Shown one piece after another: positions 8,656 through 14,680 of a stretch of DNA of 14,680 nucleotides. Under the pieces are notes generated by a model. The model saw only the letters and a list, made by a program, of their open reading frames with translations, did no database searches and was not told where the DNA came from. Origin of the DNA: a bacterium (GTDB taxonomy: Bacteria > Babelota > Babeliae > Babelales > RVW-14); contig JBDRBF010000007.1 of assembly GCA_043822925.1 (NCBI GenBank), forward strand, positions 1-14,680, read 5' to 3'. Position 1 is the first letter of the stretch. Each line of letters opens with the position of its first letter. Position numbers and translations under genes: made by a program.

Positions 8656-8664
8656 AAATAAGTC

Positions 8665-9258
8665 TCAGTGAGAACAAACATATTTGAGGGTAAAAACGCT
8701 TATTGCGATGACACAAATAAATGCGACGACCAAGTAATTAAAGAATCGATCGATAACGTATTTAATCTGGGAACCCCAGATTTTAATCAACGACGCTACA
8801 AGAAAGAAGCGAAACCCACGTGCAATCAAAGAACAAAGCACAAATGGAAAAAACGCCAAATGGCAAAAACCAGCAGAAATCGTAACAGCTTTGTACGGGA
8901 TGGGAATAACCCCAATAACTAAAACGGCAAAAACTTGATATATACGATATTTAGCAACGACCATATTAAACGTAGCGTCAGAAATAAGCGCATGCACAAG
9001 CTTTGCGCCAACACTGTCCCACAACAAATACCCAATGGCATACCCGAACATGCCACCTACCGTCGAAGAAAACGTAGCAAGCGCTGCGTAATAGTAACAC
9101 TTATAGTTATTCTCAATGCAGTACAAAATTAATAATGGATCAACGGGAATCAGAAAAAAAGATGCTTCTATAAAAAATAGAACGGCAAGCCACATGTCTG
9201 CATATTTACTTGCGACCCGGCTCCCCATCCAATCATATATTTTTTTTAAGAATTTCAT
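8665..9258 (-). CDS. DedA/YqaA-family (VTT domain) membrane protein
   Basis: Motifs FIEASFFLIPVDPLL, STVGGMFGYAIG, PIPYKAVTISAG, SLIARGFRFF; several hydrophobic segments; GGGGGA RBS-like site. Confidence 0.9.
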   Translation of the reverse strand: MKFLKKIYDWMGSRVASKYADMWLAVLFFIEASFFLIPVDPLLILYCIENNYKCYYYAALATFSSTVGGMFGYAIGYLLWDSVGAKLVHALISDATFNMVVAKYRIYQVFAVLVIGVIPIPYKAVTISAGFCHLAFFPFVLCSLIARGFRFFLVASLIKIWGSQIKYVIDRFFNYLVVAFICVIAISVFTLKYVCSH

Positions 9259-9286
9259 CTTAATCCCCCGATATTTTTTCTTCCCT

Positions 9287-9525
9287 CCTGGGGTTAAAAA
9301 CCGCCAGGCTGGAACTCATAGAGAACGCGTGCCCTCCGGCACGCTCACATATTACATGCTAATAAATTTCAAAATTTTGTAACAAACACCGAGTATTTTT
9401 ATCAATAATGCGATTATTAAAGCACAATATTACATGTCTTCAAAAAAATAATTGCATTGTAAAGAACGTGCGTGCCGGAGGGCACGCGTTCCCGCAACTT
9501 TAGCCTGGAGGTTTTTAACCCCAGG
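9287..9525. repeat. REP-doublet/MITE-like element: inverted arms each made of two GC-rich hairpins around an AT-rich spacer
   Basis: 9287-9310 cctggggttaaaaaccgccaggct matches the reverse complement of 9502-9525 at 23/24; 9323-9344 gaacgcgtgccctccggcacgc matches the reverse complement of 9470-9491 at 22/22. Confidence 0.85.
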
Positions 9526-9532
9526 TAACAAA

Positions 9533-10852
9533 TTATTTACCCGTTAAAATATTCGTTATGTAATTATGAACCTGATCAAGCGCAATACGTTCTTGTTTAA
9601 GCGTATCACGATCACGTATCGTAACTTTTTGATCTTCAAGACTGTCAAAATCAAACGTGATACAGAGTGGCGTACCGATTTCGTCTTGTCTACGATAACG
9701 CTTACCAATTGAACCACTTTCATCAAACTGAACACGTATGCCCTGTTTTTTCAATTCTTTATATAATGCCAAACTTGGCTCAGAAAGTTTTTTAACTAAT
9801 GGGAGAACAGCAGCTGTTACCGGCGCAATAGCCGGAGCAAAGCGTAACACAGTTCGTACTTCGCCTTCAAGATCTTCTTCATGATATGCATCAAAAAGCA
9901 GTGTCAAAAATAAACGGTCAACACCAAGTGAACACTCAATAACATGAGGCACATAGGCTTTTTGAGTTGCTTCATCAAATACTGAAAGTTCTTTGCCGGA
10001 AAATTTAGTATGTTGCGTTAAATCAAAATCTGCACGATTAGCGATGCCCTCGAGTTCTTTCCACCCGAATGGGAACATATATTCAACGTCTGTACAGCCC
10101 TTGGCATAATGCGCAAGTTCGTCTTTTTCGTGAACCCGAAAACGTACATTGCTATCTTTGAGGCCTACAACTTTGTAAAACTCACGTCTACGCTCTAACC
10201 AAAGTTCAAAAAAACTGTCAGCGTCTTCTGGCTTACAGAAAAATTCAAGTTCCATTTGTTCAAATTCACGCACACGAAACAAAAATTGCTTAGGCGTTAT
10301 CTCGTTTCTAAACGCTTTACCAATTTGCGCAATCCCAAACGGTATTTTGACGCGCGAACTGGACGTTACATTCTTAAAGTTAATAAATATAGACTGAGCA
10401 GTTTCAGGACGTAAATAGACAATATTTGAACTATCGCTGGAAGCACCAAGTTGTGATTCAAACATTAATTTAAACTGACGAACTTCTGTCCAATTTTTTA
10501 TACCACAAGATGGGCATACTTTTTCTTTATCAAAATCTGGATCATCTGCACGATACCGTTTTTTGCAATTTAGACAGTCAACCATCGGATCGCTAAAATT
10601 ATCGACATGTCCGGACGCTTTCCAAACATCTTGAGCCCCTAAAATTGCACCATCAAGAAGAACAATCTCTTCTGGCTGGCTCATCATATGCTCAAGCCAG
10701 AGAGTCTTAATCGTTTGCTTTAATTGTGCGCCCAGTGGGCCAAAATCATACACGCCGTTCAAGCCTGAATATATTTCAGCTGATGGATACACAAAACCAC
10801 GTCTTTTACACAGGGCTACTATTTTTTCCAGCGTTACTGGACCGGCTGCCAT
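9533..10852 (-). CDS. glyQS: Glycine--tRNA ligase, homodimeric alpha2 type
   Basis: LCKRRGF, YDFGPLG, WKASGHVDNFSDP, YLRPETAQ, QIGKAFRNEITP, FRVREFEQME, ELEGIANR, PHVIECSLGVDR, and anticodon-domain SIGKRYRRQDEIGTP. Confidence 0.97.
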   Translation of the reverse strand: MAAGPVTLEKIVALCKRRGFVYPSAEIYSGLNGVYDFGPLGAQLKQTIKTLWLEHMMSQPEEIVLLDGAILGAQDVWKASGHVDNFSDPMVDCLNCKKRYRADDPDFDKEKVCPSCGIKNWTEVRQFKLMFESQLGASSDSSNIVYLRPETAQSIFINFKNVTSSSRVKIPFGIAQIGKAFRNEITPKQFLFRVREFEQMELEFFCKPEDADSFFELWLERRREFYKVVGLKDSNVRFRVHEKDELAHYAKGCTDVEYMFPFGWKELEGIANRADFDLTQHTKFSGKELSVFDEATQKAYVPHVIECSLGVDRLFLTLLFDAYHEEDLEGEVRTVLRFAPAIAPVTAAVLPLVKKLSEPSLALYKELKKQGIRVQFDESGSIGKRYRRQDEIGTPLCITFDFDSLEDQKVTIRDRDTLKQERIALDQVHNYITNILTGK

Positions 10853-10915
10853 AGGTGATCCTAAAAAGTTATTTTTTAATTTTAAGAGCTAAAACAATAC
10901 TTCTTGCATCAATAT

Positions 10916-10949
10916 AAACGAAAAACCGAGATATACAAACAGCCCGGTT
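10916..10949 (-). terminator. Possible weak intrinsic terminator after the nuclease-like gene
   Basis: Minus strand reads aaccggg-ctgtttgtatat-ctcggtt-tttcgttt: a short stem with a G-U pair running into a U-rich tail, starting at the stop codon. Confidence 0.3.
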
Positions 10950-12276
10950 AGTTAAACTTACGCCGTTTTTTTTCAAACGCTTCTTTTTCGTCATTGCCAG
11001 ATTCATCTCGCTCACGCCGAGCCAAAAACTTAAAATACTCCGCCGCAATTTCTTTTTCACGCTTATCACTAGACCTTTTATTTTTTTCAAATGCCACTCT
11101 ATTTTTTACCCGATCTAAATAACCATTCCTTACTTGTTCCTTTGGATAATCAAGCGCCTTTACTTCTACCTCAAATTCTTCGGTCAAATTAATGCCAACA
11201 GCTTTTTTTATAGAAGAACTATCGGCTATACCATAATTTCGAATAAAAATTTGACAAAGAGCCTCTCTGACACTTTTTTTATACTTCAATTCAAAAATTA
11301 TAACCTCACCGTTTGCAAGATTAAGTTTAATATCAATTCTGCCATTATAAACCTTTACTTCAGAGGTGACATCACCAACAAGAACAAATGCCAACATATT
11401 GGCCAAAAGGCACTGATAATAATGCTCACACGATGGCCTTAAATCTAAACCTAATGCCTTTGAGACAGCTTTTAGATCAGCCATATCACGCACTAATAGT
11501 GTCGCGAAAGAACTCGCATCATTGCCTGAAATAATTGCTTCTATTGCAGTCGCATAGACATCTTGTGAATTATCGAGTTTTCTCAATTCTTTTTGATTGA
11601 TAGCAATAGGCTTATCAAGATTAATACGCAAAGAACTACTTAGATTAACATCAGATTGCGATTCAACCGTTGCCCCTCTATATTTACCACCGCCATCAAG
11701 GCAAACCGTAACATAAATAGATGCTACGTGATCTTTATTGTGTAAAGATTGTCTTGTTTTTAATTGGTTCTCGTTACAAACACAAAACTGTATAACAAAT
11801 ACGTTGTCATTATGTTCAAGGGGAATATAAATTACACCGGGCTTATTGTCCGTTGCTTTTAAAATCTTAATGTTTGTCTCGCCGTCGCTTTCTCCGGTGG
11901 CGCACCGTTCAAGACAACGAGATAATGTATAAAAAAGAGCATAATAATAATTTTTTGTATAATTAGGATCATTTTTTTTCTTTTTAACATTTTGCTCGTC
12001 ATAGGGAATCATTGCAAAGAATTCACGAAATGCATCTTGTGCACGTTTTGATTCATTTTTTGAAATTGCGCTTAATACCTTATAACAATGATGACCAACC
12101 CATTTTTTTATCGGTTTTTTTGACGAAGAAAGCGGCTCTACTGGACGGCTTGATGACTTTACTGGAGACAAAAAACACGATTCATTATCATCTTCCATCA
12201 TGCCCTGAACCAACACTCCCGCAAAAAAGCTTAAACAAAACGCCAAGAATATTGTTTTCTTTAATCGTAAAAACAT
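10948..12276 (-). CDS. Signal-peptide-bearing PD-(D/E)XK nuclease-domain protein (PDDEXK_9/DUF1703-like)
   Basis: EHYYQ (aa284-288), TSE, GRIDI (D315), IIFELK (E329, K331), ALCQI..RNY and VGINL follow the DUF1703-like pattern; signal-like aa1-25; AGGGG RBS-like site. Confidence 0.8.
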   Translation of the reverse strand: MFLRLKKTIFLAFCLSFFAGVLVQGMMEDDNESCFLSPVKSSSRPVEPLSSSKKPIKKWVGHHCYKVLSAISKNESKRAQDAFREFFAMIPYDEQNVKKKKNDPNYTKNYYYALFYTLSRCLERCATGESDGETNIKILKATDNKPGVIYIPLEHNDNVFVIQFCVCNENQLKTRQSLHNKDHVASIYVTVCLDGGGKYRGATVESQSDVNLSSSLRINLDKPIAINQKELRKLDNSQDVYATAIEAIISGNDASSFATLLVRDMADLKAVSKALGLDLRPSCEHYYQCLLANMLAFVLVGDVTSEVKVYNGRIDIKLNLANGEVIIFELKYKKSVREALCQIFIRNYGIADSSSIKKAVGINLTEEFEVEVKALDYPKEQVRNGYLDRVKNRVAFEKNKRSSDKREKEIAAEYFKFLARRERDESGNDEKEAFEKKRRKFN

Positions 12277-12337
12277 ATAAAAACCCCTATTTTCTTAAAA
12301 AATATTAAACTTTTACAATAATTCATAACTATTTGTA

Positions 12338-12365
12338 ATTATATAGCATTTAAAAAATCGCACAA
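12338..12365 (-). promoter_or_regulatory. Possible sigma70-type promoter for the nuclease-like gene
   Basis: Minus strand: TTGTGC (12365-12360), 16-nt spacer, exact TATAAT (12343-12338), about 60 nt before the ATG. Confidence 0.4.
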
Positions 12366-12539
12366 ATGGACATCAAAATAGGCGTTTTTTACCTATATTG
12401 CAAGAAAAAAAACTTAGCGCCACCAATATTTTTAGGCCCCAATCCCAACAAATACAATTTTACGGATTTTGCCAAACATGATAACCTGTCAAAAGTGCTA
12501 AAAAAGCGCATAACAACAGTAAATACCGAGGGAATCACG

Positions 12540-14680
12540 ATGAATTCGTTTCAAATTCGTCAAAAATTTTTAGACTACTTTAAAAAACACGGCCACACAA
12601 TGGTCTCAAGCTCTTCTCTTATACCGGCCGAAGATCCAACACTTTTATTTACAAACGCCGGCATGAACCAATTTAAAGACTGTTTTTTAGGCAAAGAAAA
12701 ACGTTCATACGTCAGAGCAACAACCAGCCAAAAATGTGTACGCGCAGGCGGCAAACATAACGATTTAGACCAAGTCGGCTTTACCGAACGCCACTTAACG
12801 TTTTTTGAGATGCTCGGGAACTTCTCGTTCGGCGACTATTTTAAAAAAGAAGCAATCGAATTCGCCTGGACATTTTTAACCAAAGAAATGGGACTCCCCC
12901 AAGAAAAACTATACGCATCTGTCTACAAAGACGACACACAGGCATACGAACTCTGGAGAGATATGATCGGGCTGCCTGAAGATCGCATTATAAAACTTGG
13001 CGATGCTGACAACTTTTGGGCAATGGGCGATACCGGCCCCTGCGGACCATGCACCGAAATATATTTAGATCGTGGCCCAAATATCGGCTGCAAACAAAAA
13101 ACCTGCCAACCTGGCTGCTCATGTGCAAGATATATTGAAATCTGGAACCTCGTATTCATGCAATATAATCGTCAAGCTAACGGCACACTGGAACCACTAG
13201 ATCAAACAGGTGTAGATACCGGCATGGGCCTTGAACGTTTATGCTTGGTCATGCAAAATACGGACAACGTTTTTCATACAGACCCGCTCATGACCGTAAT
13301 CAAAGCAACAGAAGAATTAACCGGCATATCGTACGCAACCAGCGACGAACATACCAAAGTATCTTTTCACGTTCTGGCTGATCATATTCGCTCAAGCTCT
13401 TTTTTAATTGCCGACGGCTGCAGCCCATCAAACGACGGCCGTGGCTATGTATTACGTAAAATAATACGTCGCGCAGCATTATTTGCACAAAACGTCTCTG
13501 ACGACCATCTATTATTTTCAAAACTCGCAAGAAAATTTATAGAATTTATGTCACCTGTGTATCCAGAGCTTAAAACAAACCAAGAACTTATTTGCTCTAT
13601 CCTGGACAGCGAAATAGAAAAATTTTCTGTAAATTTAATTCAAGGCCAAAACATTCTAGAAAAATATATTCACCAAAACACAAAATCTGGTTCAAATAAA
13701 CTTTCGGGCGAACAAGTATTTACACTTTACGATACCTACGGCTTTCCCCCAGAACTCACAGAGCTCATGGCCAAAGAACAAAATTTTTCTATCGATACTC
13801 CCGGCTTTGAACAAGAAATGGAAAAACAAAAAGCTCGTTCTGGTAAAAAAATGAAAGATACCCAAACAGACGATGCAACAAATAATAATATTACTGACAA
13901 GTTAACGACAGTATTTGTTGGTTATGAGATGCTCAAAAACGAAAGCCAAATACAATATATAAAACCAGAAGACACAAACATCTGGATCAGCACACAAGAA
14001 TCGCCATTCTATGTTGAAAGTGGCGGCCAAGAAAGCGACTCTGGTACCGTAACTATTAACAACCAGACGTTTACAGTGCTTGAACTTAAAAAAGCAGGCA
14101 ATACGTTTAGTCCCGCTATTTTGATTAAAATAGGCAGAGAAACGATAGACGGCCAAAAAGCACTCGACTTTATTGTCGGCGATAACGCAATAAGTATCGT
14201 TAATGTAGACCGTCGAGCAAGCATCACCAAAAACCATACCGCAACACACATGGCTCAAGCTGCTTTAACTCATGTCTTTGGACCACAGATCAAACAAGCC
14301 GGCTCTTTAGTTAACACTGAGCAACTACGCTTTGATTTTACCCATCACAAACCACTGACTAAAGAAGAAATTTGCGAGATAGAAAATATCGTAAACCAAA
14401 AGATCCAAGAAGATATTACACTCAAAATATATAATTCGACACTGGACGAAGCAAAATCTCAGGGTGTGACTGCTTTTTTTGGTGAAAAATATAATCCAGA
14501 AAACGTACGCGTTGTACAAATACCTGGCTTTTCAGCTGAACTGTGCGGCGGCGCGCATGTTACCAGCACCGGTACTATCGGCTGCTTTAAAATAACCAGC
14601 GACAGCACGCTCGGCACAGGAACCAGACGTATTACCGCAGTAACCGGCCCAGAAGCATTAAAACTCTTCCAGCTCACGTT
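12540..14680 (+). CDS. alaS: Alanine--tRNA ligase (3' end lies beyond the window)
   Basis: ATG at 12540 after GAGGGA. MNSFQIRQKFLDYFK, DPTLLFTNAGMNQFK, QKCVRAGGKHND, FFEMLGNFSFGDYFK, EIWNLVFMQY, DTGMGLER, YDTYGFP, NHTATH, ELCGGAH. Absent from the ORF track, presumably because it has no stop inside the window. Confidence 0.98.
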   Translation, partial: MNSFQIRQKFLDYFKKHGHTMVSSSSLIPAEDPTLLFTNAGMNQFKDCFLGKEKRSYVRATTSQKCVRAGGKHNDLDQVGFTERHLTFFEMLGNFSFGDYFKKEAIEFAWTFLTKEMGLPQEKLYASVYKDDTQAYELWRDMIGLPEDRIIKLGDADNFWAMGDTGPCGPCTEIYLDRGPNIGCKQKTCQPGCSCARYIEIWNLVFMQYNRQANGTLEPLDQTGVDTGMGLERLCLVMQNTDNVFHTDPLMTVIKATEELTGISYATSDEHTKVSFHVLADHIRSSSFLIADGCSPSNDGRGYVLRKIIRRAALFAQNVSDDHLLFSKLARKFIEFMSPVYPELKTNQELICSILDSEIEKFSVNLIQGQNILEKYIHQNTKSGSNKLSGEQVFTLYDTYGFPPELTELMAKEQNFSIDTPGFEQEMEKQKARSGKKMKDTQTDDATNNNITDKLTTVFVGYEMLKNESQIQYIKPEDTNIWISTQESPFYVESGGQESDSGTVTINNQTFTVLELKKAGNTFSPAILIKIGRETIDGQKALDFIVGDNAISIVNVDRRASITKNHTATHMAQAALTHVFGPQIKQAGSLVNTEQLRFDFTHHKPLTKEEICEIENIVNQKIQEDITLKIYNSTLDEAKSQGVTAFFGEKYNPENVRVVQIPGFSAELCGGAHVTSTGTIGCFKITSDSTLGTGTRRITAVTGPEALKLFQLT

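Noticed and set aside
9116-9382. 88-aa ORF crossing the left arm of the inverted repeat, as a possible transposase remnant
   Set aside because: About half is antisense to dedA and it shows no HUH/Tyr or DDE motif.
9287-9525. CRISPR array, tRNA or 6S RNA reading of the palindromic element
   Set aside because: The repeats are inverted, not direct, and no cas gene is present; there is no cloverleaf or T-loop. Self-palindromic arms around a long AT-rich spacer fit a REP doublet better than 6S, though only an Rfam scan can exclude it.
10853-10947. T-box riboswitch upstream of glyQS (also looked for before alaS, 12277-12539)
   Set aside because: The glyQS gap is only 95 nt and no GGTGGNACC T-box motif is visible in either region.
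10948-12276. Restriction-modification pairing of the nuclease-like gene with the 4116-4835 methyltransferase
   Set aside because: They are 6 kb apart and the methyltransferase lacks DPPY/NPPY or PCQ DNA-methyltransferase motifs.
217-14677. Short ORFs of 64-118 aa in the track (e.g. 217-429, 2472-2771, 7589-7867, 10869-11090, 11134-11442, 12923-13159, 13902-14258)
   Set aside because: They overlap well-supported genes on the opposite strand or in another frame and show no recognisable motifs.
1-14680. A/T homopolymer runs as phase-variation tracts or frameshifts
   Set aside because: Expected at this AT content, and the main reading frames are uninterrupted.

Overview
AT-rich bacterial DNA read with the standard code. 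The gene content (alpha2-type GlyRS, ankyrin and fasciclin proteins, many N-terminal signal-like peptides) suggests an intracellular protist-associated bacterium such as Ca. Dependentiae/TM6; this is inference only. Left part (1-6217): five enzymes whose families need cytosolic co-substrates, namely a tandem GT2 with a degenerate first domain, a circularly permuted ROK/glucokinase-like protein, a GT4, a SAM methyltransferase and an apparently circularly permuted ATP-grasp. The four complete ones each start with a signal-peptide-like segment. Middle: fasciclin, ankyrin, a helical hypothetical protein and DedA/YqaA. A 239-bp REP-doublet-like inverted repeat fills the glyQS-dedA gap. Right: glyQS, a signal-peptide PD-(D/E)XK nuclease-like protein ending in KKRRK, and alaS (runs off the window and is missing from the ORF track). 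All domain calls come from reading motifs by eye; no searches were run.
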